Shown: in pieces, positions 16,990-25,604 of the stretch
How the letters are laid out: each line of letters begins with the position of its first letter
Numbering within the stretch: position 1 is the stretch's first letter
Origin: Clostridia bacterium
GTDB lineage: Bacteria; Bacillota; Clostridia; Oscillospirales; CAG-272
Direction of reading: 5' to 3'
Length of the DNA: 64,000 nt
Assembly: GCA_017451585.1 (NCBI GenBank)
Contig: JAFTOC010000068.1
Span: 10,059-74,058, forward strand
Position numbers and translations under genes: made by a program
Notes under the pieces: generated by a model
What the model was told of the DNA's origin: nothing
The model's database searches: none
Seen by the model: only the letters and a program-made list of their open reading frames with translations

Positions 16990-18254
16990 ACGGTGCCGTC
17001 TACCCCCGCTACACACTGATCACTCACGTCCGTCTGATCGATCCCCCCACCCATCAAAATGAGGACTGCGATCTGCTGTTAATTCGGGAAAGTGCCTCGA
17101 CCCCCACTCAGATCGCAAGCATCGGCGTCGGTCTGAAGCCTCCCGCCGACGCTCCCGTCACCCGTGTTCGCGGAACCGGGCTATACGCCTGCCGTAGCTT
17201 CGTAGATCTGCATATGCACGTCTGCGAGCCGGGCGCGATGTATAAAGAGGACCTTCGCACTGCTACCGTTGCCGCCGCATCGGGCGGTTTTGGCGACGTG
17301 CTGGCGATCCCCTCCCCCTCCGTGATCTGGAACGAGGAAGAAACGCTGGATTACATCCGCTCCAATGCCGCGGCGGCAGGACGCATTCCCGTGCGCGTTG
17401 CCGCTCACCTGACCCGAGGCGGTGCGGGCAAGGAGCTGTGCGATATAGACGCGCTTCTTCTGCACGGTGCAGCCGCATTCTACGACGACGGCGTTGCTTC
17501 TCCCGCCCTGCTCTACGCCGCCATGGAGCGACTGAGCCGATCGGATACGCTTCTGCTTTTGCGCGCTCGCACCGCCGGCGTGACCAACGCCGCCGCCCCC
17601 TTGAAGGCGGCTCGCGCTGCCGAAGCCGCCGCCGTGGCGTCCGCCCTTTCGATGGCGGAGATCACAGGCTGCCGTCTGCATCTGACCGTGATCTCCACCG
17701 GGCTGTCGGTGGATCTGATCCGTGCCGCCAAAGCCCGCGGCGTACGGGTCACTTGTGACACGGCCCCCCAATATTTCGCCCTGACCCGCGCCGATCTGCT
17801 CTACTACGGAAACCTGGCAAAGGTGGATCCACCCCTGTGCTCTGTCGCAGATCGGGATGCCATCATCGCAGGACTTGCCGACGGAACCATCGATTGCATC
17901 GTCAGCGATCACACGCCCGAAACTGCGGCAGACAAACGCAAAGCCGCCGCAGACGCTCCTGCGGGAATGATCGGTCTGCAGACCGTTTTCGCGCTGGGAA
18001 TGCGGGAATTGGTGATCCCCGGCAGGCTGGATCTTTATCGGCTGATCGAGTTGCTTTCGCAAAATCCCGCCCGCATTCTGGGGCTTCCCGACGCGGTCAC
18101 CGTAGGAAGAGAAGCCAAGATTACCCTGCTGGATCTTTCCCGTGAATACACCCTCACCTCCGCGCTGCTGGACAGCAGATCTCAAAACTGTCCCTGGATG
18201 GGGCAGACGTTTCAAGGGATCGTCAAACGGAATTTTTCCCGTAATGCTGAATAA
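16974..18254 (+). CDS. dihydroorotase-family amidohydrolase
   Basis: DLHMHVCEPG and IVSDHTPE motifs of the cyclic amidohydrolase fold. Start is uncertain (TTG 16968 or GTG 16974) and overlaps the regulator gene. Confidence 0.75.
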   Translation: MSARVNGAVYPRYTLITHVRLIDPPTHQNEDCDLLLIRESASTPTQIASIGVGLKPPADAPVTRVRGTGLYACRSFVDLHMHVCEPGAMYKEDLRTATVAAASGGFGDVLAIPSPSVIWNEEETLDYIRSNAAAAGRIPVRVAAHLTRGGAGKELCDIDALLLHGAAAFYDDGVASPALLYAAMERLSRSDTLLLLRARTAGVTNAAAPLKAARAAEAAAVASALSMAEITGCRLHLTVISTGLSVDLIRAAKARGVRVTCDTAPQYFALTRADLLYYGNLAKVDPPLCSVADRDAIIAGLADGTIDCIVSDHTPETAADKRKAAADAPAGMIGLQTVFALGMRELVIPGRLDLYRLIELLSQNPARILGLPDAVTVGREAKITLLDLSREYTLTSALLDSRSQNCPWMGQTFQGIVKRNFSRNAE

Positions 18255-18300
18255 ATCAAAAACCGAAAGGCTGATATCCCGTCAAAGTCGGATTTAATTG

Positions 18301-18343
18301 AAACAAGCACACATCGTCTTGGTAGACAAATGTGTGCTTGTTT
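18301..18343 (+). terminator. hairpin terminator after the amidohydrolase gene
   Basis: aaacaagcacacat / atgtgtgcttgttt 14-bp stem. Confidence 0.6.
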
Positions 18344-18413
18344 CGTGGTGTAAGGACTATAAAAAGATATTTCAGCGGTTTTGCGTATGAATTTGAACTT
18401 TCACAGTTTTTTA

Positions 18414-18583
18414 GTGATGTATCGGCTTCGCCGAAGTGATGTAGTGCTGACGCACAGTGATGTATTGCTCCTTCGTCGCAATGTGATGTGATGTTTGCCC
18501 GCTACGCCGTCAGGCGTAACATCACTCACGCAGTGAACATCACTGCCGAAGGCTGCATCACTTGCCCGCAAGGGCAAACATCG
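18414..18583. repeat. GTGATGT heptamer array: five direct copies followed by three to four inverted copies (ACATCAC)
   Basis: GTGATGT at 18414, 18436, 18457, 18483 and 18488. ACATCAC at 18519 and 18537, GCATCAC at 18555, and a partial copy at 18578. The spacers are themselves mini-hairpins (tcggcttcgccga, gtgctgacgcac, ttgcccgcaagggcaa). Confidence 0.8.
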
Positions 18584-18586
18584 TTG

Positions 18587-18618
18587 AAAAAAGCACTTGC
18601 TTTCACAAGTGCTTTTTT
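18587..18618. terminator. bidirectional intrinsic terminator
   Basis: aaaaaagcacttg-ctttca-caagtgctttttt. Confidence 0.85.
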
Positions 18619-18710
18619 CTGAAAGTAGTGACCTATTTTAATACGAAATGCACCCCCCTCGGATAAATCGTTAAAAGGTGTGCCTTTCGTTAAAAGGTGC
18701 AACACACCGC

Positions 18711-19901
18711 TTATTGGTCTGTGTTGTTTTCCGTTCGCTCAGCAGTGGTTTTGTCGTCCTTAATAAAAATCATAACACCATCCATAGCGTATAGATTCAT
18801 TGACAGACGCATTCCATCATATACCGTTTTGAAGTTTGCAACATAGAGACCGTAGTCGAGTTGTCTGCATGGTTTCACTTCATATACTCTGTAAAACTCA
18901 TTTGTTGCTACACCATTTTTGAGAGTTGCTACGCCAAGAATATCAGTTTCCTCACTGCCTGCTTTTCTGATAAAGATTTTATCAAATCGGAAGTCAAAGC
19001 TGTAGATCTCATCATTGGGTTTGATGATAAGAGGATATACTTTGATTTCTGTGGGCAAGTCCGATAGACTGTTGGGAACATCGATAAAGAATGAGACGTA
19101 TTCGGTATAGGTTTTCCCTTCACGCTCTGTAAACACTTGCTTGTAGTGGATTTCTTGTACACGCTGAGTGTTAGAAAAGCAATTAGGAATCTGTGTTAGT
19201 ATTTCGGTCAAAATTGCATCGATAGTACTGATAACATAATCATGTATCTCTTTGATTTTATCCAAAGCGTTTTCTGCCGGATAGTTGACCTCCCCGTATG
19301 AAAAAGCATTGAGTTGGAACACATCAGCATTTCCAATCAAGATGCTATTCTTGACCGTAATTAACACAGTTTTGATGTGTTTGATGTAATTATCAAATGC
19401 CATTAGGTACTGATATCGCGGGTCATTCTTATTTGTATCCATTAGCTGTAACAGCGTGGCAAACTCAGGCTTTGTTGTCAATTTATTTAAGAGTTTTCGG
19501 AGCAACCCCTTATCTTCTACAGAGTACGCCTCATCACCTAACAATGCAGCATTTACAATTTGGAAGAGTACATCCATGCTTATACGCCCATAGTGAAAAA
19601 ACTCCATGGCGGTTTTTCTCATAAAAACAACATCATCAACTTCGTATCCACCAATGACTAAATTGGTGCGATTTAAATCATTTGAAGTACATCTTCCTTC
19701 ACCCGTTTCATGTGCTTGATGCATAATATTCTGTTCCACCGCTGCCAAGGTTGCCACACGGTGATCGTGAACCTTGGTCAGCATATTATAGGATACACTC
19801 ATATACCCCAAAGTTTCCTGCAGACTTTTAACATATTGCCATGCATCATACACCTTGTGTTCTGCCAAAGCTCTTTCTAATGCACTAATATCTATCGTCA
19901 T
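18711..19901 (-). CDS. hypothetical protein (396 aa), no recognisable domain
   Basis: Long ORF in the AT-rich region. GGGAGGA lies 6 nt before the ATG of MTIDIS. Last gene of the co-directional array. Confidence 0.7.
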   Translation of the reverse strand: MTIDISALERALAEHKVYDAWQYVKSLQETLGYMSVSYNMLTKVHDHRVATLAAVEQNIMHQAHETGEGRCTSNDLNRTNLVIGGYEVDDVVFMRKTAMEFFHYGRISMDVLFQIVNAALLGDEAYSVEDKGLLRKLLNKLTTKPEFATLLQLMDTNKNDPRYQYLMAFDNYIKHIKTVLITVKNSILIGNADVFQLNAFSYGEVNYPAENALDKIKEIHDYVISTIDAILTEILTQIPNCFSNTQRVQEIHYKQVFTEREGKTYTEYVSFFIDVPNSLSDLPTEIKVYPLIIKPNDEIYSFDFRFDKIFIRKAGSEETDILGVATLKNGVATNEFYRVYEVKPCRQLDYGLYVANFKTVYDGMRLSMNLYAMDGVMIFIKDDKTTAERTENNTDQ

Positions 19902-19979
19902 ATTCATCCTCCCATTTTCAATCGAACCGCACATAAGCAACTTCTGTGCATTGGTGCGGCAAATCTAATTCATAACACT

Positions 19980-20837
19980 TCATAGCATACTCTGTAAGCA
20001 CTCAATTTTCTCAATAAATGTGGTATCAAGTTCGTCAAGTAACGCCTGCGCCCACCAAGGAAACTCGTCACGCTGGCAGGCCAGGTACAGCGCGACAACC
20101 ACGCTCACTACATCATCCAACGCTTTCTCTACCGGGTCAAACTCACCGTATTTATCGAGAAAAGCTTTCCCGGCTTCTGCTGACAGAGAGGATAACACAT
20201 TCCGCACATCTGTGTAGGCATAGCCTCTGCCCAGCAGATTGTAGTCAAACATTAGCGCAGAGGACTTGTCCTTGGCTACGACCATGTTCGTATAGTAGAA
20301 GTCATTGTAGGTCAGCGTCCGTCTGGCCTTGCGGAGTCGTTCGTTGATGGCAGCATAATTCTGTTCCAGAAGCACCCACGCTGGTGCGTCTTGGGTTCCT
20401 GTCTTTTCCTTGATGCTGACAATATTTTCGAGAGTAAAGAAGTCGGCTTCGTCATACATGGATTCTCCATGCTGACTGACATAACTATATCCCTGGCTGT
20501 GAAGCTGCTTGTACCATACAGCAATTAGGCGGGTAACCGATGAATCAAACATATCCTCCTCGATACCCAGACGGTAGGTTGAGCTGCAAGTAATGTTCTC
20601 CAGGAGAAGTGCAGAATCAGTGGATGCAATTACTCGGATGGTAGGAATACCGAGAGATGCCAGGAGCCGATAATTCTCCAGTTCCCGCTTGTGTTCTTCT
20701 TTTTGGAAACACTTAATTACATAGGACTTCTCGTTGCTAACGATTCGGGCAACGGTAACACCATCCTTGTCCTGCAAGATAGAGAACCTATCGCAGACGA
20801 TGCCCAGCTTATTCAGTTCATCGTGGATGACGCTCAT
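19980..20837 (-). CDS. aminoglycoside/choline-kinase-type phosphotransferase (APH family)
   Basis: Kinase-like fold: N-terminal SYVIKCF..E lysine region and catalytic-region YNDFYYTNMVV...MFDYN. Confidence 0.7.
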   Translation of the reverse strand: MSVIHDELNKLGIVCDRFSILQDKDGVTVARIVSNEKSYVIKCFQKEEHKRELENYRLLASLGIPTIRVIASTDSALLLENITCSSTYRLGIEEDMFDSSVTRLIAVWYKQLHSQGYSYVSQHGESMYDEADFFTLENIVSIKEKTGTQDAPAWVLLEQNYAAINERLRKARRTLTYNDFYYTNMVVAKDKSSALMFDYNLLGRGYAYTDVRNVLSSLSAEAGKAFLDKYGEFDPVEKALDDVVSVVVALYLACQRDEFPWWAQALLDELDTTFIEKIECLQSML

Positions 20838-20843
20838 AGTAAA

Positions 20844-21236
20844 TTACTCCTTGATCTTCGTTCCGATACACTTATCCTGTCGCCATTGGGGAGCTGGGCC
20901 GTCATCGCCCCAATATTCCTCAACGGATGCAATTTTTCCGTCCACTACACGGATAAAGGAAGTGGCATGGCAGGATATACACCCGTCCTTACTGAACACA
21001 TGGGTAGCTGTGATGATATGAGTATCGGTGATAACAATCTGTTCTACCGCCCCATCCCATTCGCCGGGGTATTCGCAGTTCGCACGGATAAAATCCTCCA
21101 CGGTGAAATGCTCGTTGGTGTTGTGCCAGTTCACCCAGGCATCAGGGTGGAAGTATTCACGGATTGCATCTGCATCCTGCCGCAGAACGGCATCCCAAAA
21201 CTTTTGAATATCCATTCTGTCCTCCACTATCTCCAA
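20844..21236 (-). CDS. SnoaL/NTF2-like fold protein
   Basis: 130 aa with the pattern IQKFWDAVLRQDADAIREYFHPDAWVNW typical of SnoaL-like proteins. Confidence 0.6.
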   Translation of the reverse strand: MEIVEDRMDIQKFWDAVLRQDADAIREYFHPDAWVNWHNTNEHFTVEDFIRANCEYPGEWDGAVEQIVITDTHIITATHVFSKDGCISCHATSFIRVVDGKIASVEEYWGDDGPAPQWRQDKCIGTKIKE

Positions 21237-21241
21237 TGTAT

Positions 21242-21877
21242 TTACGGCTGATACTCTTTCAGTTCTTCCAAAAACTCACTGTAATCTTCTTCTGACCAGA
21301 AGAATGTGAGTTCCTCTGCTGTGTAATCCTTGGGTTCATCGCGCATAAAGTTCTTCCCGCAATTATAGCCAAACCTGTGTGAGACCGCTTCCGCAAACTC
21401 CCGGAAGAACATACCGATACCAGTTATAACATTTCCGTCACAAACAACCCCTTCGTGGGTGAAGTTCTCTTTTTCGATAAACGAAAATACTTCTGCCATC
21501 TGCATAAAGAATCCAGCAGTGAACTTCTTGCCGTTCAATACGCCTGCCTTTGCCAGTAACAAAGGAGCAGAAGAAATTGCCGCAAAAACAACATTTGAGT
21601 TGACTCCGCTTTTCAAGAAGTCAATCAGTCTTTCATCATACAGCGCAGGAAGTGGATTGATCGTTCCCGGCAAAATCACACAGTCATAGTCAGTAATATT
21701 GATATCAGCCATTGTGTTAGTGGGAACGACACGCAGCCCCTCTTCGCTACAATACTCCTTGTTTTCACTTGCAATAAATTCAATCTTTTCTTCAAACCAC
21801 ACCGTCAATGCAGAAGTGAGGCAAGTGATTTCCTGCAAGGAGAAGTTTGGATATAAAATCACCGCAAATTTTCTCAT
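21242..21877 (-). CDS. DJ-1/PfpI-family protein
   Basis: FAVILYPNFSLQEI...YDCVILPG...AAISSAPLLLAKAGVL layout of the class I glutamine-amidotransferase-like fold. Confidence 0.7.
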   Translation of the reverse strand: MRKFAVILYPNFSLQEITCLTSALTVWFEEKIEFIASENKEYCSEEGLRVVPTNTMADINITDYDCVILPGTINPLPALYDERLIDFLKSGVNSNVVFAAISSAPLLLAKAGVLNGKKFTAGFFMQMAEVFSFIEKENFTHEGVVCDGNVITGIGMFFREFAEAVSHRFGYNCGKNFMRDEPKDYTAEELTFFWSEEDYSEFLEELKEYQP

Positions 21878-21894
21878 AATTTTCCTCCAACTAA

Positions 21895-22332
21895 TCAGAG
21901 ATATTCCAGTATGTAGTGCGTATCAGTTTCGCCGGTCTGCATGAATCCTAACTTCTGATAGAGTGCTTTCGCCCGTTGATTCTCTTTGAAACAGCCAATG
22001 CGAATCTTTCTGTCCTGAGCAATGCAAACCTTTTGGAGATACCGCAGAATATCAGAGCCAATACCTTTTCCACGGCACTCCGGGAGCAGGTGAATCTCGA
22101 CCACTTCAAAATAGGGATATTCAAAGTAAAACTGTACGAAACCTGCAAAACAGCCGTCAGTCTCGATCACATTGAACTGCTCGATGTGGAAGAAGTCTCC
22201 ATCAAAGTCGTTCCTTTGATAATCCTCGTCCCAACCCCAAATCTTTTCAACATAGGGACGGACAGACTCGACCTTGAGTGCGTATATCAAATCGTGGTCA
22301 TCGGGTGTTGCAAAACGAATTTTGTAGTCCAT
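21895..22332 (-). CDS. GNAT-family N-acetyltransferase
   Basis: Acetyl-CoA-binding motif ECRGKGIGSDIL and C-terminal ALYQKLGF. Confidence 0.85.
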   Translation of the reverse strand: MDYKIRFATPDDHDLIYALKVESVRPYVEKIWGWDEDYQRNDFDGDFFHIEQFNVIETDGCFAGFVQFYFEYPYFEVVEIHLLPECRGKGIGSDILRYLQKVCIAQDRKIRIGCFKENQRAKALYQKLGFMQTGETDTHYILEYL

Positions 22333-22345
22333 CCTCTATTCCTCC

Positions 22346-22792
22346 TTATTTTAGAGTATATTTCCACTCACTGCCCTCTTGGTAGTAGAAGAATTCGCTT
22401 AAATCATCTTCCGTGAAAACCCGGAGCATATCATTCATATCGAGAGATAGGTTGAGATTGGGTAGATTCTCAATATCTTCCCACCAAACCTGACCTTCAG
22501 AGCTGGAACACAATTCTCCCTCAAAATGGGTTGTCTTATAAAACAGCACCACATATCTGCACTGGTTCTCACACCAATCTTTGATGCCACATAGCTGTGG
22601 GGAACGGATATTAAGCCCGGTTTCTTCCTGCACCTCACGGATTACCGCATCTGTAAAGGATTCTCCCGGCTCCACATGACCACCGGGGAAAGTGACACCC
22701 GGCCAGTCCTGCTTTTTCCGGTCAATCACCACAACCCGGTTGCCGTCGCAGATCATGCACATATTTGTAAATTCGACTTTCTCAAACATCAC
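22346..22792 (-). CDS. NUDIX hydrolase (MutT-like)
   Basis: Nudix box GGHVEPGESFTDAVIREVQEETGL. Confidence 0.9.
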   Translation of the reverse strand: MMFEKVEFTNMCMICDGNRVVVIDRKKQDWPGVTFPGGHVEPGESFTDAVIREVQEETGLNIRSPQLCGIKDWCENQCRYVVLFYKTTHFEGELCSSSEGQVWWEDIENLPNLNLSLDMNDMLRVFTEDDLSEFFYYQEGSEWKYTLK

Positions 22793-22793
22793 A

Positions 22794-23195
22794 TTATCCT
22801 TTCATAAATCCACAGCAACCAATCTCGGCCATTTCATGGAAGCCCATTGACTTGTAAAAAGCAATGGTTTTCAAGGTATTGTCCGTTGCCAGCTCAATCT
22901 GGCGAACATGGCTGTATCTGTCTAAGATGGCTTGCAGGAGCGCAGAGCCGATACCTTTTCGCTGATGCTCCGGGAACACCAAAATGTCCTGAACAAACAC
23001 TATGGTATGCCCATCGCCAACGGCACGAATGATACCAAGAAGCTGATTGCCCTCATATGCTGCAAGAGTCAGCATTGAGTTTTCAAAGCCTTTACGCAGC
23101 ACATCCGGGTGATCGGTATAGGCAGTCCAGCCTACACTCGCATACAGGCGCAGGATTTCCGGCTCGTTGTATGTTTTATATTCTCTAATTTCCAT
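22794..23195 (-). CDS. GNAT-family N-acetyltransferase
   Basis: HQRKGIGSALL and FYKSMGF motifs. Confidence 0.85.
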   Translation of the reverse strand: MEIREYKTYNEPEILRLYASVGWTAYTDHPDVLRKGFENSMLTLAAYEGNQLLGIIRAVGDGHTIVFVQDILVFPEHQRKGIGSALLQAILDRYSHVRQIELATDNTLKTIAFYKSMGFHEMAEIGCCGFMKG

Positions 23196-23271
23196 GTAAG
23201 TAACCTCCGATTTATGTATATTGGGGAATGTTACTTATCTTAGCGCAATCTCATACTTAACCTCTCGTTCA

Positions 23272-23748
23272 TTAAGCCCTGGTGATGAAGTGCCGGGGCG
23301 GTGCATCCAATTCGTATATCGTTTCCTTGATGAAATCCGGGTAGATCGTTAAGTCCACCAGTTGTTCAATCGGCATCCAACCAAGAACCACATTGCAGTT
23401 ATCCTTATGGGACACAAGCTCTCCAACATCGGGAATGTCGGAGCCATCAGCCAGCTCAATCAGATAGTAGAACGCAATATTATGTGCTTGCGTTCCGTTC
23501 CACTCCCAGAAGCATTCCTCTGTCCAGAGCAACTTGCCAACCTTAATGTCAGCACCTGTTTCTTCCTTGTATTCCCGGACAAGGCCATTAACGGTAGTTT
23601 CACCGATCTTTACATGACCACCAGGGAGAGCATATTCGCTGCCATCCCGATCCCGCTGAACCAGTAGCTTGCCATCACGAACAAGCACACCAACAGTACG
23701 AAGATCGCAGATGTACTCGTCTGTTTTGAAAATCCAATCCTTATCCAT
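23272..23748 (-). CDS. NUDIX hydrolase (paralog of 25110-25598)
   Basis: Nudix box GGHVKIGETTVNGLVREYKEETGA. Shares N-terminal IFKTDEY and overall layout with the third NUDIX gene. Confidence 0.9.
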   Translation of the reverse strand: MDKDWIFKTDEYICDLRTVGVLVRDGKLLVQRDRDGSEYALPGGHVKIGETTVNGLVREYKEETGADIKVGKLLWTEECFWEWNGTQAHNIAFYYLIELADGSDIPDVGELVSHKDNCNVVLGWMPIEQLVDLTIYPDFIKETIYELDAPPRHFITRA

Positions 23749-23776
23749 TCCTGCTCAATTCCTTTGTGGTAAAAAG

Positions 23777-24283
23777 TTAAAACAAAACTTCTTCCATGCT
23801 TTTTCTTAAAAAGTGTTCTTTGTGAGGGTCAATGCTCTTATCTGCATAACCCACTATCAATAAAGCCACCGGCTCATATTGGTCTGGGATTTCAAATTCA
23901 GCTTTCATCGTGTCCGGATTCCAGTACATAACCCATATCGATCCAAGGCCCAGGCTTGCTGCTTCCATCATCATGTGAGTCGTGACAATGGTCGCATCTA
24001 TTTCTCCGCTGGTTTTTCCGTCGTACTTTCTTGTCCAGCATTTCGTCTTGTCATAGCAAACAAGAAATGCGGCAGGCACATAATATCTGCTGGGAACAAC
24101 CCGATTCAGCTTTTCTATGTCTGAATCCGAATTGATTAGCTTGATTTTTTGCGGTTGGTAATTGCAGGCCGTAGGTGCGGATATACCTGCTTCGACGATC
24201 TTATTGAGTAGTTCATCCGGAATTGGCTTGTTCTGATAATGTAGGACAGAGTATCGGCTTTTCGATAATTCCAAGAAATCCAT
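23777..24283 (-). CDS. nitroreductase-family protein
   Basis: RYSVLHYQNKPIPDELLNKIVEAGISAPTACNYQP is the canonical nitroreductase N-terminus. Start at MDFLEL sits behind AGGAGG. Confidence 0.85.
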   Translation of the reverse strand: MDFLELSKSRYSVLHYQNKPIPDELLNKIVEAGISAPTACNYQPQKIKLINSDSDIEKLNRVVPSRYYVPAAFLVCYDKTKCWTRKYDGKTSGEIDATIVTTHMMMEAASLGLGSIWVMYWNPDTMKAEFEIPDQYEPVALLIVGYADKSIDPHKEHFLRKSMEEVLF

Positions 24284-24314
24284 ACTTGTACCTCCTGCGT
24301 TAAATATGTTGCCC

Positions 24315-25094
24315 TCATTCAAAACAGCCCAGCAGCTTCAGCAGGCCATCGTCAAATGTCAGATAATCGCTGCCCCTGACCGTTTCCAGATACAAGGCCA
24401 GCAGCTTTTCTTTTGCAGTGTGCATATCCTCATGGGTTCGGCGACCGGGATAGGTTTCCTCCAACCTGTCAAGGAAGGTCTGGGATAAGCTGTTGTATGC
24501 CTTGAACTGGTGCAGCTTCTTTCCCTCCGTCACGGTTTCCACCGACAACAGAAGCTGCCGTGCGTTGCCGAGGGCAATATCCGCAAAGATGAATTGCTCC
24601 CGGAGCAGGGCAATCTCTACATACCGCAGCTCATTGATGAAACGGTAGTGGATGGAATCATCCAGGCCATACCGCTGGGAACGCTCTGCGAACCGCTGTG
24701 CGCCTGCGTTCACGGCTTCCGTGAAGTTCTCTGTCTTAGCAAAGACAATCTTATGCTGCGGTGAGCGGATCGGCAGCTCCGGTGTTGGCATGAAGGATAT
24801 GTCTGCGCTCAGACCGTCCTCGAAATAGACAGACAGCCCCAGGACGGTGCTTGTCCAGGCTCGTTTCTCAATGTGGCAGGCTCCCAGCTCAACAAAGAAC
24901 TGCTGGAGCTGCTGATTGGCGTCTTTCACACAATCCGCATCGTAACAGCCTGCCATCAGATCAATGTCGGAGTAGATGTCAGCAAAGCCAACCGCACCGG
25001 AGCCAATCTGGATCAGTCCTTCAAATGCAGAGCTATCCCGCATGAAGCTGATTATTCTGTTTAGTAACCGTTCTCGGTCTGTTGCTTTGTACAT
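24315..25094 (-). CDS. Pol-beta-superfamily nucleotidyltransferase-domain protein
   Basis: GSGAVGFADIYSDIDL matches the G[SG]-x9-13-DxD NTase motif. The ATG at 25094 behind GAGGTG is preferred over the GTG at 25103. Confidence 0.65.
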   Translation of the reverse strand: MYKATDRERLLNRIISFMRDSSAFEGLIQIGSGAVGFADIYSDIDLMAGCYDADCVKDANQQLQQFFVELGACHIEKRAWTSTVLGLSVYFEDGLSADISFMPTPELPIRSPQHKIVFAKTENFTEAVNAGAQRFAERSQRYGLDDSIHYRFINELRYVEIALLREQFIFADIALGNARQLLLSVETVTEGKKLHQFKAYNSLSQTFLDRLEETYPGRRTHEDMHTAKEKLLALYLETVRGSDYLTFDDGLLKLLGCFE

Positions 25095-25109
25095 CTCTGT
25101 CACCTCATA

Positions 25110-25598
25110 CTACTTATGTACGAAATATGCAATACCCTCTGGCAGAGTAATGATGTGTTGCTTTGCTTCAAAGGGGTACAACTTGATATTGGGCAGCTCT
25201 GCAAGAGGAATCCAACACATATCAAGATTGAACCGGATGTTGCCCATCTCGTCCAGAGCTTTGAATGTCCCTTCCAAGGGGATCTGGGTTTCATCGCAGA
25301 GGGAAACCAAATAGAACATATTGATTTGCTGACAATCCAAACCACTATTTCCCCAGGGGCAGAAATTTTCGCCCACCATCAACAGCCGCTCAATCTTTAT
25401 ATCTGCACTTAATTCTTCTTTGAACTCTCTGACCAGTGTAACATCGGTGGTTTCTCCAAAGGTTACATGACCTCCGGGGAAAGCAAAGCCGTCATCGTTG
25501 GGTACTTTCTGAAGCAGAATTTTCCCATTATGAATCAGCACACCGCCGACACGGTAGGAGAACACAAAATCATCTGTCTTAAAAATGATGTCTTTCAT
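25110..25598 (-). CDS. NUDIX hydrolase (paralog of 23272-23748)
   Basis: Nudix box GGHVTFGETTDVTLVREFKEELSA. Confidence 0.9.
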   Translation of the reverse strand: MKDIIFKTDDFVFSYRVGGVLIHNGKILLQKVPNDDGFAFPGGHVTFGETTDVTLVREFKEELSADIKIERLLMVGENFCPWGNSGLDCQQINMFYLVSLCDETQIPLEGTFKALDEMGNIRFNLDMCWIPLAELPNIKLYPFEAKQHIITLPEGIAYFVHK

Positions 25599-25604
25599 AT
25601 TCTT

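Noticed and set aside
18414-18583. Possible CRISPR array
   Set aside because: The repeat unit is only 7 nt with spacings of 5-26 nt and half the copies are inverted. There are no cas genes. This is not CRISPR.
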